64,000 bases of DNA from positions 68,076,001-68,140,000 of the forward strand of contig OX597822.1 of NCBI GenBank assembly GCA_951406725.2, written 5' to 3'. The DNA comes from Octopus vulgaris. Taxonomy: Eukaryota. The translations under genes were made by a program, and so were the position numbers. Positions 42,858 through 56,538 of this stretch are shown piece after piece. Numbering within the stretch: the stretch's first letter is position 1; each line of letters starts with the position of its first letter. The notes beneath the pieces were generated by a model. The model did no database searches, was not told where the DNA came from, and saw only the letters and a list, made by a program, of their open reading frames with translations.

Positions 42858-43350
42858 GAGAGTCGGCTGAAATGTTCATAATCTGAGCAAGATACTCTCA
42901 ATGGAATGTGACCAAATGAAGTTCATTTTCTAACATAGTTCTTCTTACTGTCCACACACTTCCATTAGTAGTTGCAGTGCTTGGGTGAAGAAGCTTTTCT
43001 ATTGATCAAAATGGTCATCAACAACCGATAAGATGTTCTTATCATAGTGATACTGGTGCTCAGCTGAGTGGGATTTTTTTATGTTGGGAAACTGATGATA
43101 ACCAGAAGGAACCAAATCACTAACATAGGGAGGATGATCAACCAGTTCAAAGCCAGTCACACACAGCAGCCATTGAAACCACGGACTTGTGTGCTGAAGC
43201 ATCGTCCTAATGAAACAAGACCCCATTCATCAGTTTCTCTGGGTGTTTGGTCTTGATAGCCTTTCATAACTTCCTTAGGAAGTTGGTATTGAAATTTTTC
43301 ATTGATGGTGTGATCATTTTGAAGATAGCCAATAAACACAATATTTTTTG
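42858..43350 (-). pseudogene. Mariner (DD34D-type) transposase C-terminal remnant
   Basis: FH*DDA.AHKS and LVDHPPYVSDLVPSGYHQFPNIKK, a degenerate HPPYSPDLAPSDY motif. Confidence 0.8.
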
Positions 43351-44059
43351 CATTAATGCATAGTATATATAATAATGTGAAGTATATTTTGCATATTAAA
43401 ATGTTTAATTCTGGAAATGTATCAAGCAGAGCTAAAATAAACAGTAAAAATACAAATTGCAAGTATTTCAAAATGTGGGACACTACATGACAAAAACTAA
43501 CAAAAAAAAAAGGAAGAAAGTAGTGGTGCTTGTGTTCCAAAGTTACAATAAGAAGGCTCAGGAGGATAGAGAGATGGGGTAGAGGGAAGGAAGTTAGAAG
43601 GAAAGAAAAGAATATAAAGTGAAAAGATAAACTGAGGATTTGAAATGCTGTAAGAATTATTACAGGCAACTTCGTTCAGTTCGAAACCTATACCGAGTGT
43701 CATCAAGTTGTTTTCCTCGAGGTATGTTATTACTTTTTGTCTTTGGACAAGGCATTGGATAATTTTAGACGTGTAAGACGCGAGGGAAACAGGTCTGTAA
43801 TTTTTAGCTTCAGCAATGCTACCTCCTTTGTACCTATATAGGTTTTATTATAGCTTCTTTCAATAGTCTCGGGAATATGGCGGTATCTGGCGACTTTTGA
43901 AATAGTACCTTTAATGATTTCATGAGGTGGTCTTTGCACGTTTTTTAGCAATATAACTGGAATACTATTTGGTACATATGCTGAGTTTGGGTCTAAATCA
44001 TTAATAACCGCAAGTATATCAACTTCCATGATATTAATTTTAAGTTGTGTCTCTGCACT

Positions 44060-45545
44060 TGAGTTGTGGGATCAAAGAATTCGCTTGGATTATGCACGGG
44101 GCTGCGATACGGACAGAAAATGCGGCCTTCCGCCTGTTGAAACGAAAGTGTTGGGGATAGAGTTTGCGATCATGCCCACGAAGACCTCTATCAGGCGCAG
44201 GGGTGAAAATCTCAAATGGTAGGTTTACATGACCGTTGAAGATGTTGAAAGTCGGATGAGAGCTCCCTGCATCTTCCGTCGTTTAAGTGAAGGCAATGCC
44301 AGCCGTCGGAGATGTTCCTCTTATGCAAGGTTAGACAAGCCCACGCCCATTCGGGTGGCCAAGTGCTGAACCCATTCCAGGTGCTGAATGTCTTTCTGGA
44401 GATATGGGTTTGAGGTATGGATGTAATATTCGAGGATGGGTCGAACTAGAGTAATATATACAGGCCAAAAGACGTCCATTGAAAGGTTGGCAAAGGATCA
44501 GTGGATGAGGAAAAGATTCTTTCTGGCTTTGTTCGCCGCCTCGATACCCTGCCATGGTAGTTTGAAAGTAGTATCAATCATTATGCTGAGATCCTTTTCT
44601 TCAGTGACCATCTTAAGATGTTGATGTTTGTGGCCAATAGTCAAGGGAGAGTTTGGAGGTGAACCTATTAGCAAACGGCTGCATTTTGAGGCGTTCAAGT
44701 TCAGATTCCATTCTTCCGCCCAATTCCAAGTTCAGTGACGATTGGAGTATGTCGTATTGATTCCTAAGTGAGACAAGTTTGACGTCGTCTGCAAATAGGA
44801 GAACTCTTCCATCAAGAAAATCTGGCAGGTCGTTGATATAGAGAAGGAAAAGTATTGGCCCCAGCACCGACCCCTGGGGAACGACGCTGCATGCATTCGT
44901 CTCCGCGGAGAGATCTCCATTTATCTGCACCCGAAATGTTCGATAGCTCAGGAAGGAAGAAATCCACAAAGTCACCAATGGATGAATCTAGAATGCTCGA
45001 AGTTTGCACAAGAGAAGTCAGTGATTAACGGAGTCAAACGCCTTTGTGAAGTCCAAAAATACCACACCCACCAGGTCTTTGTCATCCATGGTCCTTGTAA
45101 TTCATTCTTCAAGAAGGAGAAGATTTGTTAGGCAAGATCTTCAGGGTAGAAATCCATGCTGCGAGTCGGATATTTCTTTGTACCATATACAGATAACTGT
45201 ATAATGCTTTGATTGGAAATAGCTGTGGAAATGACCTGAACATTGTGAATAAAGACAAAGTCGAGTATGTTATTTTCCCCTAATTGGACGGGTAATGGTT
45301 TGTTGTATCGGAAAGTCTTTTGTTGTATCGAGGAAAGGGCTCATATCCCTCCACTTCAGTTGCTTAGTTCCAGGCTGGATATAATCCTCGGACCAGCTAA
45401 GATTAGTAAAATTAAAGACCCCTGTTAAAAGCATATTAGCCTGTGTGCTGGCCTCAGCTAGGGTTGGACTTATGAGCAAAAGGACCACCTCTGAAGTGAT
45501 CTTCGTGGTTAACCGCATCAGGATGACGGTAGGTAATGCTTTTAA
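44060..45545 (-). pseudogene. CR1-group LINE remnant (endonuclease fragment + RT), frameshifted and internally deleted
   Basis: QHGF, VVFLDFTKAFDSVNH, WISSFLSYRTFRVQING, VPQGSVLGPILFLLYINDL, LFADDVKL and EKDL. APE-like LLTGVFNF.NLSW at 45270-45518. Confidence 0.9.
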
Positions 45546-46384
45546 TATTTCCTTTTTATATAAATTAGTCTGAAATTGTCGAATACATTTCTTTGCAAAT
45601 TAGGTAATTTCGGGGTTGGTCTGCAATCATTTATAGTTAAATGTTTCCTTTCAAAATCCTTTTTTTTTTTTATTAAACTGGACTAGTATTTCGAATGAGC
45701 AATAAGTATCAAAGCATTTAACATGATCATTAAATATCAAAGATAAAAAATAAATCATTTGTTCCCTTGTGAAACTTTGGACCTAACAACATAAATGAGA
45801 AAACCGATATGACTGAAAGAATTTTTAAAGGGCTTTCATTTTTAGGCTGAGGTCAAACAGTCGAATCTATTCAACCATGTCGTCAGTCTTTAGCAACATC
45901 AACTTCAAAGAACTTGAGAGAGGTAACAGACTGAGAGAGGACAAGAACCTTCACACATTTTCAGCATTGCAAGATTTTGGAGCTATTTTTGTCAGAATAG
46001 AGCTGTCTTCAAGAATCTAAGTAATGCTATGTATTGAAGAGTAGCCGTAGATGCTGGTCATGTTGTTGTTCTTGTTGTTTGCTGCTACTGTTGTTGTTGT
46101 CACATACTTTTTATTTTGACGCTACTTTGCTTCAGAAGTTGGTTAGTCATAACTTCCCTTGGGAATTTTAAGCCCAGTTTCATCAGTTTCATTTATTTAT
46201 TTATTTTCTTTGTTTTTGCTTTGAAACGAAATCTAGCTTCAAGCATCTTATACAGATAATTTTTTAGACACTATTTTCTGAAACTGGTAAAATTACGTAG
46301 GGGGTGCAAATTTTGATCTTGCACCACCTGAAAATTCCAAGGGGTGCAGGTGCACCCGCTGCACCCCCTGTTCCCGGGCCCTTG

Positions 46385-46724
<340 letters not shown>

Positions 46725-46812
46725 GTACTTAAACAAATATATTTAACACATATCAGCTATTTCTTCAAAACTTCCTTTTCTTTATTTCTGTCTCTCTTTC
46801 TTATCCTCATTT

Positions 46813-46848
46813 ATATTCTGATGAAGTATAATATCCGAAACGTCGTAA
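46813..46848 (+). ncRNA. Degenerate hammerhead motif next to (TA)n
   Basis: CTGATGA-A-GTATAATATCC-GAAACGTC. Core intact, stems imperfect. Confidence 0.45.
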
Positions 46849-47148
46849 TTAAGATTTTCTTCGAACGTCAACCCTAATGATTTCAAATGAGAATCGATTC
46901 CCTCTTGTTATTGTTTTTCACGTTTTCCCTTTTCTCAGTCTCTGTCTGCCTGTCACTCTCACTAATTCTGTCTCATCCTAACTCATTATCTACCACTCTG
47001 TCTCTCTTTCGCTTTCTCCTTCCCCCTCTCTCTCTCTACCTCTCTCTATTTCTCTCTGCATAGATATGTATGTATACACATACATATGTACATATGCGCA
47101 CACGATGTAACGTGTGTGCGTGCGTACTTTTGCGGTCATAAGTGTGTT

Positions 47149-47185
<37 letters not shown>

Positions 47186-47488
47186 ACAGAAGTACCTGAA
47201 TGTTTGAACTTACGTATGTAAGCTACGTAGAGGTTATGAGCCTACATTAATACACGTGCAAGTACATGCACATGTGCGTTTGTTTACCTAAGCAAGTGTA
47301 TATATATATGTGTGTATATATATATATGTGTGTGTGTGTGTGCGCGTATGTATGTATTTATGTATGCATATATGAATACATACACGCGCGTTTATGTATG
47401 TGTCTTTATATAAGTGTATATGAGTACGTGTACAGAAGAATGCATGTCTGCATGTACGTATGCTTGTGTGTGCGCATGTGTGTATGAG

Positions 47489-47556
<68 letters not shown>

Positions 47557-47999
47557 TGTGTGTGTGTGTGTGTGCATGATTAGTAGTGTGTCTACATACA
47601 CGGGACGCAACCGATGCTTAGAAATTACGCAGTTGATTACATGCCACACGAAATGCTTGCGGTTTTTAAGTAGCGGCCCACTAATGTCTAAAACTGTCAG
47701 AGTTAAACATAGCAAAAAGAAGAGAGGCAAGAATTGAAGGCTTTCTTATATAGCTCCAGTTCCCACGGGAAAACCACTCGTTTTGATGGTTAAGGCGTGA
47801 GAAAGACGCATTCGCTTGCTAGTTGTGATGGATTGCAGCCAGCGTATCTCTGGGGATCCTAGCAAACTTTGTTTACAATTTGACAGCAGCCATTTTCTTG
47901 CACGTTACTAACCATGCAAATCGATCATGTGCAATGGTTTTGCTGTACAGCATCGACTTCGATGTGACGTACGCTATACGTTATGTATACGTTCGTATG

Positions 48000-49620
48000 C
48001 ATTTCTCTGTGTGCGCGGGCGAACGTTTGCGTGTTTGCATGTTTGTGTGTTTGCGTATGTATGTGTGTTTATGTGCATGCTTGGTACACGTTCTATCTTA
48101 GGTGTTCAATTGTATTTGTACGAATGTGCAAGTGTGTGTGTGTGTCGGTGTGTGTGTCGGTGTGTGTGTCGGTGTGTGTGGCCTGATGCAGGTGTATTAC
48201 GGTAGACGATGTGTGCTTGTATGTGTGCGTGTGTGAGGCTGTATTTGTATATAGGAGCTTGTATGTGTGCGTGTGTGAGGCTGTATTTGTATATAGGAGC
48301 TTGTATGTGTGCGTGAGTGCGTTTGTATGTGTGTGTGTGTGTGCGTGTGTCTTATATACGTGCGTGTCTGTATGTGTATGTGTGTATGTTTGTGTGTGTA
48401 TGGCGTTGTATGTGTGCATGTGTAACTTTGTATGCGTGCGTACGTGTGTTTGTATGTGTGTGCGTGATTATATGTGTGTGTGTGTCTGTCTGTATATATA
48501 CGAGTGTACGTTTCTATGTGTATGGGATATTGTATGTCTGCATGTGTGTGTTTGTATGCGTGCTTGTTTGTATGTGTGAGTGTCTGTATATGTACGTGCG
48601 TATGTTTGTATGTGTATGGAGGGAATTGTATGTGCGCATGTGTGCGTGTTTACATGTTTACATGCGTGCGGGTGTGTATTTGTATGTATGTGCGCGTCTG
48701 TGTTTGTAAGTGTACTTCTGTGTGTTTCTACATCTGGTGTATAGGTGTGTATGTGTGTGTGTACTTGCTTGCGCACGCGTATGTGTGTGTGTGTGTGCAT
48801 GTGTTCGTGTGTGTGCATGTGTTCGCGTGTGTGCATGTGTTCGTGTGTGTGCATGTGTTCGTGTGTGTGCATGTGTTCGCGTGTGTGATTCTGTTCGTGT
48901 GTGCATGTGTTCCTGTGCATGTGTTCCTGTGTGTGCAAGTGTGTATATATGTCATTGTGTATGGGTCTGTGTTTTCACATGTATACTTGGTGCACCTTGT
49001 ACTCTGTTGGTGCATAGTCGTATGTATGTATGTATGTATGTTTGTGTGCATGATTTAATGTAAATGCATTGCATGTTTCTGCATGTTCGTTTGTGTGTGT
49101 GTGTGTTTGTGTAATGTGTGTGTGTGTGTAAGTGTGTGTGTGTGTGTGTATGTGTGTATGTGTGTGTGTGTGTGTTGTGTGTGTGTGTGTGTTAGCATGC
49201 ACGCTTGTGCAGGATGCAATTCAGATGAGGGCGTTCCTTTGTGTATGTGTATTTGCGTGCATGTATGTTCAAGTATGCGAATATGAGCTTATTTCTATAT
49301 GTGTGTATTTGCATGGGTGTATGTTTATGAAGATGAATGTGAATATACTTCTGTGTGTGTGTGTATGTGTGTGGGCATGTGTGTGCATGCTTCGTGCATG
49401 CTACATTTCAATAGAAGCTCGTTTGTATGTTAATGTGTATTCATTTGTAAATGCGTTTGTGTACACAGTTGGTGCTGGTAGACAATGTGTGTGTGTGTGC
49501 GTGTATACCTGCGTGTGCGCGGGTGTGATGCAAGTGTATGCGTATACTAGTACTAGTATGTGTATCTGTATCCGCATGCGTGCGTCCGTTCATGGTGCTG
49601 GCTCTGTAGTAAGATCTGAC
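48000..49620. repeat. Degenerate (TG)n-rich tract with 42-bp and 18-bp tandem units
   Basis: 42-bp duplication at 48216-48315; (GTGTGTGCATGTGTTCGT)n at 48790-48935. Confidence 0.85.
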
Positions 49621-50148
49621 GTTTGTGTAAGTGAAATGCTGAGAGAAGGAAGAGAAGAAGAAGGAGGAGGAGAATAAGAAGGAGAAGGAGGAGAAGGAGG
49701 AGGAGAAGAAGAAGAAGAAGAAGAAGAAGAAGAAGAAGAAGAAGAAGAAGAAGAAGAAGAAGAAGAAGAAGAAGAAGAAATCTTATCTTGTGCTTGTTTC
49801 TGTCATTGAACTACGGCCATACAGTAGCACCACCTTGGCGGGTTGTAGTCAAACAGATCGACCCCCAGTGCTTGTTTTAAGTCCGGTACTTACTCTGTTA
49901 GTCTCTTTTGCCGAACCACTGTTACGAGGACGTAAACAAACCAATACCGGTTGTCAAACGGCGGGGAGCGACAAACCCAGACACGATTTATTTCTGCATA
50001 TATACCTTCATTCCAAGTTCTTGCAGCTTCGATGTTAATTTAACTCACTTGTCGACTTCAATGGAAAGTGAGTCAATTAGTCCATATATCTATCATAGCA
50101 AATACCCAATATTCAACCAATATATAAAACCACTCGTTATAAAACATA

Positions 50149-50472
50149 ATTGCAGAGTGGAAGGTGTTTATAAACCATTTAAGAAACACACAAAAAACGT
50201 TACATTCATTTCAACATTTAAATTTAATTTGCCAAAATATTTTCGTCGCTTTCAGACCGCGTCCTGTTCACTTACAAAATTTCGTGCTGCAGTGAACAGG
50301 TCGCGATCTCAAAGCGACGAAAACATTTTGGTAAATTAAATTTAAATGTTGAAGTGAATCTAACGGTTTTTGTGCGTTTCTTAAATGTCTTATAAACACC
50401 CTCCACGCTGCAATAATTTTCGTTTCAGCACAAGATCTCAGATCAGGTCACTTGCTATGCAAGTACATCTCC
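50149..50472. mobile_element. Family P1 palindromic element, both arms complete
   Basis: Inverted arms of ~125 bp (50149-50414). Each arm retains GTGAACA-G-stem II-GAAAA. Tail matches 12093-12148. Confidence 0.8.
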
Positions 50473-50874
50473 ATAATTTAGAAAAATGTTATAGAGGCTC
50501 AAAGTTTGTTTATTTTTAACCAATCACAAAACAGGAACGTGAGGCCGGCATTTTCTGCCTGACAGCTATCTGTCACAAAATGATTGACAACAACGAAAAA
50601 TGAGAACAAAATATTACGAAAGCTGTTTGTGGTGGTGGCTGCGATTGATACAATGAAAGAAGGGGAGACTATAGTTTTGCTTGTTACTATGGAAACAGAC
50701 ACCAATGGATATTTCCGATCATGTGTATAATGCTGGTTTTCGGTAGGATAAAATTGCCCAAAATATGCACGCTTTACAAGCAAGTAACTTTATATTTTTC
50801 ATAATTAATATACAAAAACTAAATCTGTATAACCAAATATGCTTTATTTGTTCCCCACCATCGCTTGATAACCT

Positions 50875-51105
50875 ATTTCTATTTCTTTACTACCCACAAG
50901 GGGCTAAACACAGAGAGGACAAACAAGGACAGACAAACGGATCAGGCCGATTACATCGACCCCAGTGTGTAACTGGTACTTAATTTATCGAAAGGATGAA
51001 AGGCAAAGTCGACCTCAGTGCAATTTGAACTCAGAACGTAACAGCAGACGAAATACAGCTACGCATTTCGCCTGGCGTGCTAACGATTCTGCCAGCTCGC
51101 CGCCT
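50875..51105 (-). mobile_element. SINE family A
   Basis: Reverse complement of head, central domain and tail. Confidence 0.85.
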
Positions 51106-51138
51106 CCCCATCGCTTGACAGCCGTTGTTGTTATGTTG

Positions 51139-51518
51139 CATGTATCCCTGCCCCGTAAAATTCTGTTGACTGTTCTTAGGGCCACCTCTTCACTATAGTT
51201 TTCACTTCCTCGTCACTGGAATAATGTTTGCCTCTCAAACCCTCTTTCATGGGGCCAAAGAGACGATATTCTGAAGGCGCTAAATTATTCCAGTGACAAG
51301 GAAGTGAAAACTGTAATGAAGAGGTGGCTCTAAGAACAGTCAACAGAATTTTACTGGACAGGGATACATTGGAAGGTGGAACATTGCTATTGAGAGAAAC
51401 GGTGGCTATGCTGGGAAGTAGGAATGTATTCAACAGAGGACCAGCTTCATTATACGTGTTCCCGTGTTGGTAATTATACCTGTCCTAAATAAAATGGCAT
51501 TACTTTTTGACTCACCCT

Positions 51519-51520
<2 letters not shown>
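51139..51520. mobile_element. Fold-back mariner remnant with one terminus
   Basis: Minus strand LAPSEYRLFGPMKEGLRGKHYSSDEEVK. 51139-51225 is inverted at 51284-51369. Ends TTACTTTTTGACTCACCCTC before (TA)n. Confidence 0.75.
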
Positions 51521-51573
<53 letters not shown>

Positions 51574-51602
51574 ATACATACATATTCACATACATACATA
51601 TT

Positions 51603-51642
<40 letters not shown>

Positions 51643-51947
51643 CATATACATATGTATGTGTATTTGTCTGTGCCTGGCGTATGTATGTGTGTATGTATAC
51701 ATATTCATATATTCGGACATTTTATATATATATATGTGGATGTGGATGTGTATGTGCGAGGGTGTATATCTAGGTATGTATGCTCACGTTCACGTGTATA
51801 TCTTTCATTGCTTCATACCCTCATATAATATCGGCGAGGTAACCGACAAAACGGTTCTTTACGAAGGGCGGTACTTGATATATATATATATATATATATG
51901 TTTTTTTTTTACATCGAACTATAAACACTCTCTTCTCATCCTCAGCA

Positions 51948-52019
<72 letters not shown>

Positions 52020-52020
<1 letters not shown>

Positions 52021-52215
52021 GCCATGATAGATCGCTAGCCACTACAAATTCTTTACTTTCTCTCCTTGTTTCTTCTGTGTTCCTTTCTGTGGAAGAGCGT
52101 AGGCTCGAAACGTTAAATACATTTTCCTTTCCCGAGCGTTTTACTAATATTTATTTGTTGTCTACACCACCTGTCTTCGTCTTTTATTTCTTTGTGAATT
52201 CTACCCCCACCCCCT
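52020..52215 (+). mobile_element. Short Penelope-type element in (TA)n with degenerate hammerhead at 52084-52117
   Basis: TTT-CTGTGGA-A-GAGC-GTAG-GCTC-GAAACGTT-AAA (A6 altered). Related in layout to 20380-20610. Confidence 0.5.
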
Positions 52216-53017
52216 ATATATATATATGTAACTTATAATATATATATATATATATATGTAACTTATAATAAATATACATATATATATATATATATATATG
52301 CTATGATCGAATAAATGCCCCCTTGAAAGACTATACGTAATGACGCCATTGTTAACATAAAGTTATCACATTCACACCAAAATTGAAACCTCCATTAGTC
52401 AGCGAAATAAGAATTGCAACGAAAATAATAATATTCGACATCATTTGCAAAGCATTCAAAATTCAGAATCATCGACACTCATAAGTCTATCTAGATGACA
52501 TATAATAGTTATTAACCAATATTATATTTTTAATGTTGCCGTTCATATTGCCTGTAGGGATCCTATTGAATACTTAGTTAAAAGTAATTTATGGAAAATG
52601 GATGTGCTCATGCTAAAATGGCTGAAAGACTACTGTCTGTCTATAATGAATTTTGAGGTTAAAGTAATGTGAATTAGAGGAAGACCTCAAAAGCATTAAT
52701 GTTCTTATAATGAATCAAACACTAACATCGTTGACATGTATATAACCACATATAAAGACATGCAGATAAGCACATGCATTCAACAGATACGTTGACTTGT
52801 GTACATAATGAGGTATGTGTATACGTGTGTGAATATACGCATATATATATGTATATAAGCATATATCTATATGTATATATATACGTATGTGTATATACGC
52901 ATAGATATATGTATATATATATACGTATGCATATGATATATATATGGATATATATACTGTGTGAATGTATATATATATACATATATTTATATCTATGTAT
53001 GTGTATAAATATGTGTG

Positions 53018-53067
<50 letters not shown>

Positions 53068-53186
53068 TATATGTATGTATATATACATATATATATACAT
53101 GTGTATGTATATACATATATGTATATGATACATATTTACACACACATGCATATATAAATTTTATAGCACTACACATAAAATCGTAC

Positions 53187-53227
<41 letters not shown>

Positions 53228-53466
53228 TATATGTGATCATAAATATATGTGTGTGTGTATGAGCATAAGTATATATATATATATGCGTGTGTATGTGTAT
53301 ATGTATGTATATATATATATATATATATACACCTTATACGCAGACACTTGCATACATACATACAAATATGCGCACAGAAATATGCAGATAGATAGATAGG
53401 TAGATAGATATATCGATAGATAGATAGATAGATATGTTTCTTTATTAGCCACACAGGGCTGCATAC

Positions 53467-53553
<87 letters not shown>

Positions 53554-54026
53554 CATTTCTGTTATATATATATAAAGACAGCAGATGCGCATACACCTTT
53601 ACATATATAAATAAATCCTATACATATGAAAAGATTTTAATTAAGCAACAGCAAGTATATTAAAAGCTGTTGAATGGAATGAGCTCAGACCTAATTCAGC
53701 AATTTTGAAGTGCTGTACGTTATTGCATCATATATGGTTGTATTTATTAATGTGTTTTTAACGCGAGCCGGTGAGAAATGGCTTGCAGCATGTATCAGTA
53801 TTTATCTTGTGATTAATTAATTTCATAGCAAAAATCAACATCAACATCTATTTTCTAGCATCAAATAATATATTAATTAATGTATGTATATGTACTACAT
53901 AGGTATAGCATATATATATACATACATATATACATACATATATACATACGTTCGTATATATGTATACACACACATATACCGATGTGTACACACACACATA
54001 TATATGCATGTTCATATATATATATA

Positions 54027-54074
<48 letters not shown>

Positions 54075-54102
54075 CATACATATATACATATAGATAGACA
54101 GT

Positions 54103-54195
<93 letters not shown>

Positions 54196-55616
54196 TCCTT
54201 TATGTGTTCTAGCCCAAAGGGATCTACAATGTTGGGTTACCATATTAATATAACCATTATCATAATAATAGAATTCGTCATCATTTTCATCATCATCATC
54301 ATCATCATCATCATTATTGTTATCATTTTTATTATTATTATCATCATGACTAAGATGATCATGATCGTTATCGTCATCGTTATCGATATGTTTGAGGCAA
54401 TGGAGCTCGCAGAATCGTTAACACGTCAAGCAAAATGCTTCACGGCGTTCTATCTACTCGTATGTTCTGAGTTCAAGTGCTGTCGATGTTGACTGTGCCT
54501 GTCATCCTTTCAGGGTACATACAATAAGTACCAGATGAGCACTAGGGTCGATGTAATCACTACTCATTATGGGTGCGTGGACGAATCACTACTCTTTTGT
54601 AACTATTCAATGATATCATATCACCACGGTCTATTAACTATTAAAAATGGTTATACAAAAGATTTTATTTTGTTATCCAGTTTAAAAACTACATTTTTCT
54701 TTTTCCCTTGTTTCATTTTGAAGAACATCTTTTTTTCACTTGAAGAACATGTCTTTTGGAATATTTCAAGAAAACTTTCAATTGTGCAAAATAGTTTCAT
54801 ATGCAAGTTGCATTCCTTGGTAAACCTCCATCGCACGTGCTTTCAGAGACAGAGTGAAACTAAGATTTCCAGGCTGTATTTTAAGCTCTGCCAATACCCA
54901 GATGCCATTGGTCAGTTTGAGTGATTGATACAACATATCTTGTTCGACATTCCTCTTGGCAATAGTGCGTGGACGAATCACTACTCATTATGGGTGGGTC
55001 GGTAGCTGTGTACAGTCGATGCTGTGTACAGATATTTGTCTTAAAGTATTCAGAAAATCAAATTCAGAATTCAAATGTAAGACATGAGGTATTTTTCCAT
55101 TCGAATATCCACATATTTATATTAAGAGTCTGATGATAAGCATATAGAAATATAACCCTGAAATATATAAAATATATAAAGGCAAATACAAAGAGGTAAT
55201 TGAGAGAATTATTCCATACCTGCAGCTGTGTCAGAACAGTTTTACCGAGTTTCTCCAGGTAAAATCCAGTAAGGCAGCGTAACATGGTGATAATTCGACT
55301 TCACCAGTAATGAGGATTACTAGGCTTAAATAAGAAATTAAAACGATTGACTGGAGAACCTTTACTTTATCATGCAGGTAATAGCTTATGGGAATATTCC
55401 ATTATGGACTGATATACTACTATAACCAAGGAATACTTAAACACACTGGCGAAAATAAAGACCGATGATAAAGGTTCTATTTCTTATAAAATAATAATTA
55501 ATAAATTAATATAAACGTTTCAAATTTACCGGCAAAATCAGTTTAAGATCGTATCATTATAATTTTATTTAAAGTTTAAGATTGTAGCAAAAATTAGCAA
55601 CAAGAACGAAATACAT

Positions 55617-56077
55617 ATTAGTACTTTGTGTTGTAGACCTCATTCTTAATAACTAGTGAACAACGCCTCGGGATTGCTCAATGGACAGACGAAGATTGGT
55701 GCAGGGTCCTTTGGAGTGATTACAAAATTCTATGGGATTGCCATATTTTATTGATATAATCGAATAATTGTTTTAGATTGGATGGTTTTTTAGCATAATT
55801 TCACAAGTTCTCGATTGGATTTAGGTTCGGGCTCTGGGGAGGCCATTCGATTACGTCAATATTATGGTGATCAAACAATTCCATAACCTTTTTGGATTCG
55901 CGCACAGGACTGTTGTCCTACTGATAAATAGCCCCGGAGGCATTTGGTGAGTCAAATATGGTACATTATCCTTTATTAGATTCATAAAACCTACACTATT
56001 TAGCTTTCCATCAACTTTAACTAGAGGGCCAACACCAAAGCTACTAAATGCTGCCCACACCATCACCCCCTTCTTGC

Positions 56078-56078
<1 letters not shown>
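55617..56078 (-). pseudogene. Tc1 (DD34E) transposase C-terminal remnant
   Basis: GGVMVWAAFSSFGVGPLVKVDGKLNS, then after a frameshift Q*DNSP and IEWPPQSPNLNPIENL. Ends TTKY*. Confidence 0.85.

Positions 56079-56535
<457 letters not shown>

Positions 56536-56538
<3 letters not shown>

Larger units (their letters stand above)
42730..46384. mobile_element. hAT-like DNA transposon with 8-bp TSD, containing nested mariner and CR1 remnants
   Basis: TATATCAT flanks both ends (42722-42729 and 46385-46392). Imperfect TIRs CAGTGGCCTAGCAAC / CAAGGGCCCGGGAAC (10/15). Subterminal GGGGTGCA motifs at both ends. Confidence 0.75.

Noticed and set aside
43730-44029. 99-aa ORF inside the hAT-like element
   Set aside because: No motif I can confidently assign to a transposase or host protein.
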